From assembly GCA_900542315.1 (NCBI GenBank), contig UQMV01000006.1, positions 4,211-68,210 of the forward strand: a stretch of 64,000 bases of DNA. Reading direction: 5' to 3'. The stretch is from an uncultured Collinsella sp. (GTDB lineage Bacteria > Actinomycetota > Coriobacteriia > Coriobacteriales > Coriobacteriaceae). The notes below the pieces were generated by a model. It did not search any database. It was not told the origin of the DNA and saw only the letters and a program-made list of their open reading frames with translations. A program made the translations under genes and the position numbers. This document shows, in pieces, positions 9,974 to 19,498 of the stretch (position 1 is its first letter; the number at the start of each line of letters is the position of its first letter).

Positions 9974-10987
9974 CTATCCCCTAAATTCAAACGTGCTCAG
10001 GCCAAACGTCAGCAGATCGCCGTTGCGCAGCGGGCAGCGCGTAATGCGGCGGTTGTTGACGAGCGTGCCGTTGGTGGAATTGAGGTCCTCGATCGACCAA
10101 TCCGAGCCCGTAAAGGTGAGCTGGGCGTGGCGGCGCGACACGTTGGGGTCGCGCAGGGCAATGTCGGAAACTGAGCGCTCGCGACCGATGGTCACCTGTG
10201 CGGAGGTGATGCTATGGCTCTCGCCGCTCACGACGTCGACGAGCTGGGCGAGCGGGCGCTGCGGGGCGCGAGTGCTCGCCATGTTGGAGGCGATGCCGGC
10301 TGCGGCGCCTAGGCCCACGGCGGCACCGGTCGCGGCGGCTCCGCCCATGCCGGCAAGCGCGTCGCGCGAGACGGTCTGAGGCACCGGGATGGGTGCGGCG
10401 GCGGGGTCGGGGACGCTAGGCGCGAAGGGGTCTGCCACGGCAAGCGGGTCGGGAGCGGCGGCGCGAGGCGTCGGCTGTTGCTGGGGCATGGCGGCGGGGC
10501 GCTGCTGCTGCGGGGCAGCAAACTGCTGCTGGCCGGCGCGCGGGGCGCTGGCGGCACGGCTTGCGGCCGAGTTGTTCTGTCCCAGGCCGTTTTGGTAGGC
10601 GCGCTCTTCCTCGTACAGGCGGCCGAGCGTGGGCGCATCGACGTTCTCAGCAAAGACCGAGAACTTGCCGGCGCGCAGCTGCGGATCGATCATAAAACGC
10701 ACGAGGGGCTCGCCGACAAAGACATAGCGGCGCTTTTCGGCCTGCGCCTTCACAAACTCGCGGACCTCGCGCGAAAGCTCGGGGTAGAACGGGGCGAGCA
10801 TGGGATCGTCGTCGGCGGCGATAAGGATGGTATAGAGTGCCGGCGCCGTGTTGACGCCGTTGATCACCAGAGTCTGATCCTCCATGTCGCGAGCGGCCTG
10901 CTTGGCAAGCTTCTTAAAGGAGAACGGGGCACGGGTGGCACCGAAGATGCCGGCCACGTGGTCCTCGAAGATGTTCAGGAAGTTCAC
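9974..10987 (-). CDS. fhaA: FHA-domain protein FhaA (DUF3662-type N-terminus, Pro/Gln-rich linker, C-terminal FHA)
   Basis: N-terminus MNFLNIFEDHVAGIFG is typical of FhaA; the C-terminal FHA motif reads GRERSVSDIAL...SRRHAQL...NGTLVNN. Confidence 0.8.
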   Translation of the reverse strand: MNFLNIFEDHVAGIFGATRAPFSFKKLAKQAARDMEDQTLVINGVNTAPALYTILIAADDDPMLAPFYPELSREVREFVKAQAEKRRYVFVGEPLVRFMIDPQLRAGKFSVFAENVDAPTLGRLYEEERAYQNGLGQNNSAASRAASAPRAGQQQFAAPQQQRPAAMPQQQPTPRAAAPDPLAVADPFAPSVPDPAAAPIPVPQTVSRDALAGMGGAAATGAAVGLGAAAGIASNMASTRAPQRPLAQLVDVVSGESHSITSAQVTIGRERSVSDIALRDPNVSRRHAQLTFTGSDWSIEDLNSTNGTLVNNRRITRCPLRNGDLLTFGLSTFEFRG

Positions 10988-12882
10988 GAAAGATCACTCT
11001 CCGTATAGGTTCTTTGGTATCCGAGCAAATATAGGCATATCCCAACGATTATAGAGGATAGGGTTCCCGCAACCGCCGCCTTGGCGATGACCGCGGCTGC
11101 AAGGCTGGCAATTTCCATATGGTGTGCAAGACAGGACGCCGCTGCGCAGCCGATGCCGGTGACAGCGATGGCGGCGATTGCGACAAGGTTTGAGCCCTGA
11201 TCGGCACGCTTGGCATGGGTATTGAGCAGCGCAGATGACGCTGCGGCAGTTGCCGCGACCAGCACAAAGGCAGCCCAAAGGAGCGGGTCTCCCAGCGCTG
11301 CGGCAACGTTACCGAGCCCCAGCACGCCTCCGGCTGAAAGCGCGACCGTGGCCAGACGGGCAAAAAGCGCGCCCATGCCCGTTGCCGCGGCGGCGCTTGC
11401 CGGGCCGAGCCAAAATGACGCGACGCCGGCGGCGACCCCAGCTGCCAGGAAGGTATTGCCGGTCAGACAGCCAAGCGCGAGTGCACAGGTGAGCGCGGCG
11501 CTCGCGGCAGCCTCGGTGCGACCCCAGGCAATCCACCAACCGGACATGGCGGCGGCAAAGATCACCGCGACGGGCAACATCGACAAGATGCCCTGCGCCT
11601 GCATGGTGGCGTTGGCCATGAGCACCAAAAAGCCCACAGCCGAGATGGCCGAGCCAATCTGGGGGGCCAGGCCAGCCGCCGCTCCGATCGCGATGGCCGC
11701 AATGACCAGGCCGGGAAGCGCCGCGACCCCGGCCGTTTGCATCAGCAAAAAGCTATAGGTGCCGCACGTTAGCGCCGAGATAGTGCGCATGGTGTAGTCG
11801 CGCGCATGGCTCCAGCGCGTGCCCGCCCAGCCGAGTGCGGGGTCGACCTCGATGGCGTCGTCCTCGTAGTGCGACGGCTCGATATCGTCGAGCTCCTGCT
11901 CGTCATCCGAAAGTTCGCCAACCATTTGCTCCAGGCTGCGACGGCCCTCGCGCACGCTGCCCAGACCGGCAAGGAGCTGGTCGCAAAATGCCTCGATGCT
12001 GTTGGGGCGGTCCTGCGGCATGGGGGAGAGCGCGCTCATGAGCGCGGCCTCGGCTCCCGGGGGGAAGTGTGGTATCAGCTCGCTGGGATAGGTGGCGCCG
12101 CCGATGATGCGGCCGAGCGAGCCGGCGGGCGTGGCCGCCATAAAGGGAGCGCTGCCGCACAGGCCCTCGTAGATCACACAGGCGAGGGCAAAGACATCGG
12201 CGCGCTCGTCGACCGTGCCGGTCTCGATATCGAGCTGCTCGGGCGGCATGTAGCCGATGGTGCCGCCGCGCGAGCCGCCAAAGCCGCCGGCAGACGACAG
12301 CCGCGCCATGCCAAAGTCGGTGAGCTTTACATTGCCCGAATGGTCGATAAGCACATTGGCGGGCTTTATGTCCAGATGAAGCACGCCGTTTGCATGGGCA
12401 AAGGTGAGTGCCTGACCCAGCGCGTCGGCAATGGCCGCGGCCTCGTCAAAGGTGAGCGAGTGGCCGTCCACGCGATGCAAAAACTCGGCCAACGACATGC
12501 CGTCGACATACTCCATGACCAGGTAGGCATAGGCGGTGTCGTGCGTAAAGTCGATAACCTGCACGATATTGGGATGTTGAAGCATGGCGGCGGTATGCGC
12601 CTCGCGCAGCACGTCCATGATGTCGCTGGCGGGCATGCCGGCGCCGTTGATAAGGGGAATGCGCTTAATGGCCACGCGACGGCGCAGATGCGTGTCGCGG
12701 CAAATCTCGATGGAGCCAAAACCGCCGGTCGCAAGCGTCTCGAGCGGCTGGTACCGCTTGAGCAGCTCGCGAGAGCTAGTGCCCTCCAAGGGAACGTCCG
12801 GCGAGAACCGGGCGGTATGTTGCGAGAAAAGCGGCATGGCCAACCCTCGTGCGTTTAAAGTTCGTTTGCGAGTGGCGGGCAC
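10984..12882 (-). CDS. Ser/Thr protein kinase with a C-terminal polytopic membrane domain
   Basis: Hanks kinase domain (GGFGSIE, AIK, HLDIKPAN, DFG) followed by ~7 predicted TM helices that are Ala/Gly rich. Its stop overlaps the fhaA start (ATGA), making it the first gene of the operon. Confidence 0.8.
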   Translation of the reverse strand: MPATRKRTLNARGLAMPLFSQHTARFSPDVPLEGTSSRELLKRYQPLETLATGGFGSIEICRDTHLRRRVAIKRIPLINGAGMPASDIMDVLREAHTAAMLQHPNIVQVIDFTHDTAYAYLVMEYVDGMSLAEFLHRVDGHSLTFDEAAAIADALGQALTFAHANGVLHLDIKPANVLIDHSGNVKLTDFGMARLSSAGGFGGSRGGTIGYMPPEQLDIETGTVDERADVFALACVIYEGLCGSAPFMAATPAGSLGRIIGGATYPSELIPHFPPGAEAALMSALSPMPQDRPNSIEAFCDQLLAGLGSVREGRRSLEQMVGELSDDEQELDDIEPSHYEDDAIEVDPALGWAGTRWSHARDYTMRTISALTCGTYSFLLMQTAGVAALPGLVIAAIAIGAAAGLAPQIGSAISAVGFLVLMANATMQAQGILSMLPVAVIFAAAMSGWWIAWGRTEAAASAALTCALALGCLTGNTFLAAGVAAGVASFWLGPASAAAATGMGALFARLATVALSAGGVLGLGNVAAALGDPLLWAAFVLVAATAAASSALLNTHAKRADQGSNLVAIAAIAVTGIGCAAASCLAHHMEIASLAAAVIAKAAVAGTLSSIIVGICLYLLGYQRTYTESDLS

Positions 12883-12992
12883 GGGGCCGAGCCATTCGCG
12901 GTGGCATAGATGCTGCTAGTGTAGCACGCTCGGGCGGATGGCGAGGATAACGGGGCGAGGTGGCCCGATTGATTCGGCCCGTTTCGATTCGT

Positions 12993-13125
12993 CCGGAAAG
13001 CGTATCCCAGTTTTCAGCCAAATAATGGGATGCGCTTTCCAAATGGGGTGGGCTGCGGAAACTGCATCCCAGAATATTGCCCTGGAACGGGATACGCTTT
13101 CCGAACCGGCGCCCAAAAGGAAACC
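12993..13125. repeat. array of alternating-orientation GGAAAGCGYATCCC motifs (4-5 units)
   Basis: Direct reading gives cggaaagcgtatccc, gggatgcgctttcc, cggaaactgcatccc, gggatacgctttccg and a degenerate ggaaaccacatcc. A related array lies at 49005-49200. Confidence 0.65.
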
Positions 13126-13274
13126 ACATCCTGCTTTGGGGCGGGGGCTGCGGACAAAAGCTGGACCGTGATCTGGCTCGGATTGGAGTTTGCCTGAATC
13201 GTTGATGCCGGCTGGTGTGGGAGCAGGGATAAACGAGCGGCTCGAGCGATATAATGACACGCTATGGAGGCCAT

Positions 13275-15413
13275 ATGCTTTTTTCCCGCCGTTCTGCTAC
13301 ATCTGCCTGCGCCATTGCGCTTGTCGTAATGGCGGTCACCCCTTATCACCGGTTTTCATCTTCAATCGGCCTGGCATCAGGTGCAATGACCTGGCTCGTT
13401 ATCCTGGGCGCAAGCCTTGCGGCGTTTGTTCATGGTGCTGCGCTATGCAAGGGGGGAGAAATGAGACGGCCGAGGCATCTCGGTGCTATCGGTGTTTTCC
13501 TTGGTGTTATTGCAACGGTTCCCGAATGGGCCGACCTGGCTTTCTATGCTCGCGGAGATTCTATTCCATTCGTGTTCGCACCGATCTCGCTGCTGCATGC
13601 CGTTTCGTGCGTCTTGTGCTTTGCTGGGTCGCTGCTCCTCTCATATGTTATTTGGGGTACGGCGGACTCTCCTTTGACGCAGAGGTTGACACGGACTGAC
13701 GAAAGGGAAACTCGTCACCCGCAGGACGCGATTTTTACAGAAACAATAGCCGTCATGTCTTGTCTGCTGTTTTGCTGTCGAGTTTCATGGAGAATTGTCC
13801 CCGAGCCATGGGGGATACCCTCTGTTTCGGCTGCGTCAATTGGCCTTGCGCTTTTAATTCCGTTGGTCTATCTCGCATTGACTGTGGCCTCGCTGTTTTG
13901 CCGCCCTCGTGCCTTTGGCCATGGGCGGCGCGACGTGTTTGCCTGTTCTGTGCTCGTAGCAGTTCCTATTGGTCTTATTCCGGCTGTCGATGTGGCATAC
14001 TTCGCAAACGATGCCGTGGTCATTGCATTGCTGGCGATGGGGTCCGCTATCGCTGCTGCCTTCGTATGCATGTTGCTAAGGGGGAGACGGGACAACAATT
14101 CGGATATCGCCTGCGCGTCCGACACATTCGATGCGGGGGTGTTTTCCCCTGCCCTGTCGCCTAGAGAAGAGCAGTTTGTTCGACTGCTGCTCAAAGGGAA
14201 AACGCCGGCGGAAATTGCCAAGGAGACGGATACGAAGCCATCGACGGTGAGAACAACGCTTCACCGAGCATACGGGAAGGCGTCGGTTGCGGGCTCGCGC
14301 GAGCTCGTGGCGTTGTTTGCGGGTGAGGGCGATACTGTAGGGCATGAGCTGCCGCAGCGGCATGCTGACGATATGGTGGCATCAGCTCGAACGCGCCGGC
14401 TGTTTCGATACCTGCTCACATTATTTTTTATCCTCCTTGCGGCGGGTCCCTTGGTAATGGCGGATAGCGATTGGGGGTCCGGTGTTTCGCGGGCTGTCGC
14501 CTTTTCCCTCTTAAGCTACGCATTGGGTCTCGGACTGCTTCTGTCGCTACGCTACGCGGGTGGAAAACCGAATCGTGGCGCTGCGCTGGATAGAGCAGGT
14601 GAAGCGATTTGGCTCGGAAGCCCGTGCGTATGGGCGATGCTATCTGCTGTGGAATGGTCTTTTATCTATATCGCGGCATGGAGGTGCATACGCGATCCGT
14701 TGATGGCCGTGCCAGTCCTGGTCTGCGGCGTGGCGTCTATGGCTTCGCTCGCCGTTGAGCTGCGTCCGTTTAAGGTGTGTGCTCGTATCCGGGCTATCGT
14801 GCCGTTGGTGTCAATGGGCATGGTTGCCTTAATCTATGCGGCCGCTAGGGGGCGAATCCACGGGCTTGCGGTGCTGACGGGGATGCTGCTCACATATAAG
14901 GTGCTGCGAAGCTGTCCTTGGTGCAAAATGCTTGGGATATGGATGCTTTGCTTCGGGGCGATGGCTCCTGTTTGGGTCGTCTTGCTCAATATGGTGCAGG
15001 ATCTGACGGTTTTCGAGCCGTTGTTCCTCGCGTCGTTGTTGGGGCAAAGTTCGGCCGTCAATGTTGTCGTGGCAACGGTGATTGTTTGCTGGTCTGTGCC
15101 CATGTTCGTTACGCACATCGCGCTCGCCCGTTCGGTTGAGGACGAGAAGGCCGTCTCGGAGTACCGCGCGAACGGGTCCACCGAAACGGCTCGCGTGCGT
15201 CAGCTGGCTCTGCTTACGTCTCGCTCCCTTTCTGATGTTCAGTCGCAAATTTTGCTGATGACGGCGGAGGGCGCAACGACAAAGGCTATTGCGGAGGATG
15301 TCGGTTACGCTGCATCTACGGTGCAAGCACTGCGGTCTGCTTCTTACCGCCAGTTGAAGATCAAGAATAAAGCGGAGCTCATTTCATTGTTATCGCAGGT
15401 AGATAACATGTAA
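13275..15413 (+). CDS. polytopic membrane protein with two LuxR-type HTH (GerE) domains
   Basis: Many TM helices. One HTH_LuxR motif sits mid-protein (EEQFVRLLLKGKTPAEIAKETDTKPSTVRTTL) and one at the C-terminus (VQSQILLMTAEGATTKAIAEDVGYAASTVQ). The GGAGG-supported ATG is at 13275; the called ORF begins at 13254. Confidence 0.75.
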   Translation: MLFSRRSATSACAIALVVMAVTPYHRFSSSIGLASGAMTWLVILGASLAAFVHGAALCKGGEMRRPRHLGAIGVFLGVIATVPEWADLAFYARGDSIPFVFAPISLLHAVSCVLCFAGSLLLSYVIWGTADSPLTQRLTRTDERETRHPQDAIFTETIAVMSCLLFCCRVSWRIVPEPWGIPSVSAASIGLALLIPLVYLALTVASLFCRPRAFGHGRRDVFACSVLVAVPIGLIPAVDVAYFANDAVVIALLAMGSAIAAAFVCMLLRGRRDNNSDIACASDTFDAGVFSPALSPREEQFVRLLLKGKTPAEIAKETDTKPSTVRTTLHRAYGKASVAGSRELVALFAGEGDTVGHELPQRHADDMVASARTRRLFRYLLTLFFILLAAGPLVMADSDWGSGVSRAVAFSLLSYALGLGLLLSLRYAGGKPNRGAALDRAGEAIWLGSPCVWAMLSAVEWSFIYIAAWRCIRDPLMAVPVLVCGVASMASLAVELRPFKVCARIRAIVPLVSMGMVALIYAAARGRIHGLAVLTGMLLTYKVLRSCPWCKMLGIWMLCFGAMAPVWVVLLNMVQDLTVFEPLFLASLLGQSSAVNVVVATVIVCWSVPMFVTHIALARSVEDEKAVSEYRANGSTETARVRQLALLTSRSLSDVQSQILLMTAEGATTKAIAEDVGYAASTVQALRSASYRQLKIKNKAELISLLSQVDNM

Positions 15414-15513
15414 ACGCCTGAGCGATCAACTCAATAGCGAGTGTTTACAGACATCATTTTCTATTCATGCAAAGGTTGCCGTGCGTCGACGCATCATTAA
15501 CCGCTTGTGATTA

Positions 15514-15546
15514 GGGCCGGGCCGAGCGTTACTGCTCGGCCCGGCC
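15514..15546 (+). terminator. GC-rich hairpin between the regulator and transporter genes (terminator or attenuator)
   Basis: gggccgggccgagc-gtta-ctgctcggcccggcc lies immediately 5' of the GGGAGGG RBS of the next gene. Confidence 0.4.
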
Positions 15547-15565
15547 AATGGGAGGGTGATGTTGC

Positions 15566-16447
15566 TTGAATGGAAATCTAATACGGCACGAGCTGTCCAA
15601 GATATTTGGCAATCCTATATTTGCGTTGACCCTTATGGTTGCAACTGCAATTTCGATGGCGGTCGCCATTGAGGCATGGTGGACGCTCGAGACTGAGCGC
15701 AAGCAGCTGTTATCTTTTGGCTACGGCATTGGTCTGCAGTCTCAGACATACCTCGGCCAAACGCGTGAAAGTTGCTTTGGCAACTGGATTGTTGTGAGCG
15801 CGAACGCGCCGTTGTTAGCGTCGGTGTTTTTCTATGCGCTGCCGTTGCTTGCCATGTTGGCCGGGTCGTGGTCATGCCTGTCCGAGCGTTTGGGCGGTTA
15901 CGAGGCACAGATCTGCACGCGTGTTTCTAGAAATGCATACGTGAAGGTGAAGATGCTGTCCGCCTTCCTCTCTGCGTTTGCGGTCACGGCTATTCCGCTA
16001 CTCGTGAACTTTCTGATTGTCTCCATGCTGTTTCCCGCGTATCTCCCCCGGGTCGACGAATCGACTTACGTCGGGCTCTATCTGCATAGCTATTTTTCTG
16101 GCCTGTTTTATTCCCGGCCTCTGTTGTACGTGCTGGTTTATACGCTGTTCGATGCGGTGACGCTGGGGGTTCTATCCATGGCCGTGACCGGTCTGTCGGT
16201 TGTGTTTCGCAGCAGAATCAAGGCGATGGTCGTTCCATATCTGATTATGGTTGCATGGCACTTTGTTAACGATTGGATTTTTAGCGTCCTTTCATGCGTT
16301 GGCTTTAACTGCAACATTCTTAACAGCATCAGGTCGGAATCACTAAATAACTGGCCCGACATTCGAGCGGGGTTTGCGGAAATCATTTTGCTGTTCGTCT
16401 TTTCTTGGATTTCCGCGAGATTCTTAAAAAGGCGCGAGGTGGTCTGA
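15566..16447 (+). CDS. ABC-2 family transporter permease (putative)
   Basis: 293-aa protein with ~6 TM helices and a TTG start after a GGGAGGG RBS; a second permease and an ABC ATPase follow. Confidence 0.5.
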   Translation: MNGNLIRHELSKIFGNPIFALTLMVATAISMAVAIEAWWTLETERKQLLSFGYGIGLQSQTYLGQTRESCFGNWIVVSANAPLLASVFFYALPLLAMLAGSWSCLSERLGGYEAQICTRVSRNAYVKVKMLSAFLSAFAVTAIPLLVNFLIVSMLFPAYLPRVDESTYVGLYLHSYFSGLFYSRPLLYVLVYTLFDAVTLGVLSMAVTGLSVVFRSRIKAMVVPYLIMVAWHFVNDWIFSVLSCVGFNCNILNSIRSESLNNWPDIRAGFAEIILLFVFSWISARFLKRREVV

Positions 16448-17283
16448 TGCTGTTTAGGCTGGTCGCCGCGGACCTGAGGACCGTTTTGAAGAAGAACATC
16501 ATTACTTTTATTGCGGTTGCGGCAGTGACCGTTGCGAACTTGGTGTACGCCTATGGATTTTCTTCTGTATATGGGGTCAGGACGGATGCCTTGGGGTTTG
16601 CGGATAATCTCGCGCTCGTGTTTGCCGGGTCTGCTCCGTTTGAGCCTAGGCCCGGGGTCATGTTTGTGCCTCCGTTAGGATGGCTATTCCTCATTCTGCT
16701 TATTCTCTATATGACACTCGATTATCCGACCGAATCGTTGCACGGGCTTGGTTTGCAAGCACTTGTTCGATGCCGGGCAAGAACCCTTTGGTGGGCCTCG
16801 CGTTTTATCTCAGTGGCGGCGGTAACGGCATTTTCACTGCTCGTGGTGGTTTGCGCTGTTGTGATTTGGAGCTTGGTGGTGAGCTCCTCGTTCAGCGCGG
16901 TCGTCCATGGCGAGTCGCTTCAGCTGGCTAATTTGGCGCCGTGGTTTCTCAAAGCTGCCGAGGCGGATGCGCTGCCGTTTTTCATAGGTCTCTTATTTGC
17001 TTTCGAGGCGCTTGCGTTTGCGCAGGCAGCGGTTGGGTTTGTGCTTGGGCCGTCAGTCTCGTTTGTGGTTTTAATGAGCTACCTGATCTGCTCGGCATAT
17101 GCACGACATTGGGCGCTATTGGGTAACGCCTTGATGCTGTTGCGCTGGGGCGGAATTGTCAAAGAGGGAATCGCGGCGGGCTCGAGCGTCTTGTCATCAA
17201 TTGGGCTTATGTCGTTATGTCTATCGCTGGGCGGACTGTGGTTTCGAAGGGCAGACCTTATAGAAAAGGGGGACAAGATATGA
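16447..17283 (+). CDS. ABC-2 family transporter permease (putative, second subunit)
   Basis: Polytopic membrane protein. Its ATG at 16447 overlaps the upstream stop (TGATG); the called ORF starts at 16405. Confidence 0.5.
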   Translation: MLFRLVAADLRTVLKKNIITFIAVAAVTVANLVYAYGFSSVYGVRTDALGFADNLALVFAGSAPFEPRPGVMFVPPLGWLFLILLILYMTLDYPTESLHGLGLQALVRCRARTLWWASRFISVAAVTAFSLLVVVCAVVIWSLVVSSSFSAVVHGESLQLANLAPWFLKAAEADALPFFIGLLFAFEALAFAQAAVGFVLGPSVSFVVLMSYLICSAYARHWALLGNALMLLRWGGIVKEGIAAGSSVLSSIGLMSLCLSLGGLWFRRADLIEKGDKI

Positions 17284-17924
17284 GCGTGATCGTTAGGGAC
17301 ATATCGAAGCGTATGGGCAAAAACGTTGTCCTGCGCAACGTGTCCATCGAGGTTGACCCTGGGACTGTGGTTGGGCTTCAGGGGATAAACGGTTCGGGCA
17401 AGACCATGCTCATGCGAGCGGTCTGCGGATTGATCAAGCCTACCGAAGGCGAGATCTCAATCGATGGTCAAAGGCTCGGAGTTGATATCTCGTTCCCGCC
17501 GAGTCTGGGAATGCTGATCGAGGCGCCCTCCTTTTTGGGATATCTGTCTGGCTACGACAATCTGGAGCTCATCGCTCAGATCAAGGGCGTTGCCACCCCC
17601 GAGGACATTCGCTCTGCCCCGCGGCTCGTGGGGCTCGATGCAGACGAAAAAAAGAAGTTCCGAGCATACTCGCTTGGGATGAAGCAACGTCTGGGGATAG
17701 CTGCGGCAATTATGGAAAAGCCGAAGCTACTTGTTCTCGATGAGCCAACAAATGCCCTCGACGAAGCGGGCGTGGAAATACTCAAGCGCGTTGTGGCGAT
17801 GGCGGCATCAACGGGTCGCGAGGTTATTCTGTCCAGCCATGACGGAGAGGTGCTCGAGGAGCTGGCCGATCGGGTTTACTGCATGCGCGACGGTGCCGTT
17901 GTGAAAGTTCGGGAAAGGTCGTGA
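17280..17924 (+). CDS. ABC transporter ATP-binding protein (short BcrA-like type)
   Basis: Walker A GINGSGKT, signature LSLGMKQRL, Walker B LLVLDEPT. The ATG overlaps the upstream stop (ATGA). Confidence 0.85.
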   Translation: MSVIVRDISKRMGKNVVLRNVSIEVDPGTVVGLQGINGSGKTMLMRAVCGLIKPTEGEISIDGQRLGVDISFPPSLGMLIEAPSFLGYLSGYDNLELIAQIKGVATPEDIRSAPRLVGLDADEKKKFRAYSLGMKQRLGIAAAIMEKPKLLVLDEPTNALDEAGVEILKRVVAMAASTGREVILSSHDGEVLEELADRVYCMRDGAVVKVRERS

Positions 17925-18589
17925 GCGCGATGAAGAAGACCCTGTGGACAAGAAGGGCGGTGTTTGCGCTTTTCGGCTGTGCTGCTACTGGCCTTGCGGG
18001 CATGAGGGTGAGCGTCGTTAACGGGAACCGGACGGTCATTCCTGAGAAATATTATGCAGAGGGCGAATGGCTCTCGATGGATGGGGCGTTTCTGGGGTCG
18101 AAGGATGTGGCGACTGACGGGTATTCGTTTTGCATAGACGGGGCAGAGCTGCTCACGCCGCGCGAGTATCTCAAGCGTGCGCATGATGATTATTCAAAAT
18201 ATGGCATCGTGGATACGAAAACGAAATTGAAGGACGCCGACATCGCGTGTGTTATCGCCGTAAAGATGCGTGTCAGGAATAAGGACAATGTCGAAGGCGG
18301 AATCAAAACGTATGTTTGGCATTTGGTGCCGGAGTCTGCGCCAAACTATGACTTTGTGGTCAATACCGATCTGATAACGCAGGCAATGCCGGCTCTGGGC
18401 GGCTCTGCTGCGTTTGCTGTACAGGTTGGGGCGGAGAACGAGTTGCTCGTCCCATTCATGATGCAGAACACCAACGACTATTTCGAAGATTACGAGACCG
18501 TTCGTTTTGAGAAGGCGTTTCCCGGGACTTACACGATGAAGATGACCGATCTGCCGGAGAGAAGGCTCTTAAGGTTTGAAGTGAAGTAA
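17921..18589 (+). CDS. secreted or lipo-anchored protein of unknown function
   Basis: Signal-peptide-like N-terminus (KKTLWTRRAVFALFGCAATGLAG). The start overlaps the ATPase stop, so it is co-transcribed with the transporter. Confidence 0.5.
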   Translation: MSAMKKTLWTRRAVFALFGCAATGLAGMRVSVVNGNRTVIPEKYYAEGEWLSMDGAFLGSKDVATDGYSFCIDGAELLTPREYLKRAHDDYSKYGIVDTKTKLKDADIACVIAVKMRVRNKDNVEGGIKTYVWHLVPESAPNYDFVVNTDLITQAMPALGGSAAFAVQVGAENELLVPFMMQNTNDYFEDYETVRFEKAFPGTYTMKMTDLPERRLLRFEVK

Positions 18590-18604
18590 CTCGAAGGTCC
18601 TGTT

Positions 18605-18644
18605 GGGGGAGCCTCATCCTACGCTGAAGCGGGATGAGGCTCCC
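18605..18644. terminator. bidirectional terminator hairpin
   Basis: gggggagcctcatcc...gggatgaggctccc sits between convergent genes. Confidence 0.5.
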
Positions 18645-18663
18645 TTCGCAGTGGCGCTCGGCC

Positions 18664-19383
18664 CTAGTGCTTCTTCTTGTTCTTCTTCTTCTGCTTGCGC
18701 TGCTTGCCCTTGGTCTCCTGGGGCTTGTCGCCCTGCTTGGCCTCGGCGGCGGCCTTCTCGGCCTTCATTTTCCTCTTCTTGGTCTCGATGCGGAGTTTTT
18801 TGTTGATGCGCGCCTTAAGGAAGGAGCCAAACTGCTCGGCATCGCCACGGACGAAGGTGTCCTTGGGGATCGTCACGCCCTGGTCGGCGAACATGGCCAC
18901 AAAGATGCGCTCGCCATCGAGCACGTGGTCGAGCTTTTCAAACGGGAAGAACTGCGACTTGCCGCTCTTGCCCCAAACCATCAGGCCGTCCTCGTTGGCG
19001 GCGACGCGGCGATAGCGGCCACCCATGGACTCGTCGGCCTCGACGGCGTCGATAAAGTCGCGGGCGAGCGTGTGGTGCAGGTTTTTGCTCCACCAGGCCA
19101 AAAAGGCGCCGAACACGATCAGGACGACGCCAAACTTGATCCAGCTGCCGCCGGCCACCAACATGCCGATGCCGATGAGCGCGGCAATCGCGGCGGCGAC
19201 GTACAGGGAGCCACGGCGCCTGGGCGAGGCGACCAGGCGCGCAAAGTCGGTGACCAGGTCGTTTTCGTACTGGTACTCGTTGAGGTACAGAATGCCGTCA
19301 TCGGCCGCGGCCTGCTTCTCGAGCGCGACCTCGACCTGGTCGGCTGCTTCGGAGGGAACGAGGTTGCTCTCTGCGTCTGCCAT
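18664..19383 (-). CDS. hypothetical membrane protein (YcxB-like) with a Lys-rich C-terminal tail
   Basis: Two central TM helices; the C-terminus reads KKRKMKAEK...KQRKQKKKNKKKH. Confidence 0.5.
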   Translation of the reverse strand: MADAESNLVPSEAADQVEVALEKQAAADDGILYLNEYQYENDLVTDFARLVASPRRRGSLYVAAAIAALIGIGMLVAGGSWIKFGVVLIVFGAFLAWWSKNLHHTLARDFIDAVEADESMGGRYRRVAANEDGLMVWGKSGKSQFFPFEKLDHVLDGERIFVAMFADQGVTIPKDTFVRGDAEQFGSFLKARINKKLRIETKKRKMKAEKAAAEAKQGDKPQETKGKQRKQKKKNKKKH

Positions 19384-19498
19384 GCTCTTTGGACTCCTAT
19401 CGCGGCGGGCTCGCCGTACGGGTTATTATGAATGCAGTATGCCGTGCGACCGCATGGCCGTCGCGGCAACAAGACTCAGTATACCCGGGGGAGCACCC

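Noticed and set aside
10478-12858. Plus-strand ORFs of 176 and 350 aa
   Set aside because: Antisense to the kinase and fhaA genes, with low-complexity translations.
12993-13125. Possible CRISPR array
   Set aside because: Units alternate in orientation, are only ~14 nt long, and lack uniform spacers. No cas genes are in the window.
12916-13260. Short ORFs (77-114 aa) over the intergenic repeat array
   Set aside because: They are translations of the GGAAAGCGYATCCC repeats, with no RBS and a repetitive peptide.
19025-19498. Upstream part of the 983-aa dnaX ORF call
   Set aside because: It is antisense to the YcxB-like gene. The conserved DnaX N-terminus (MESLYRKYRP) starts at 19499 with a good RBS.
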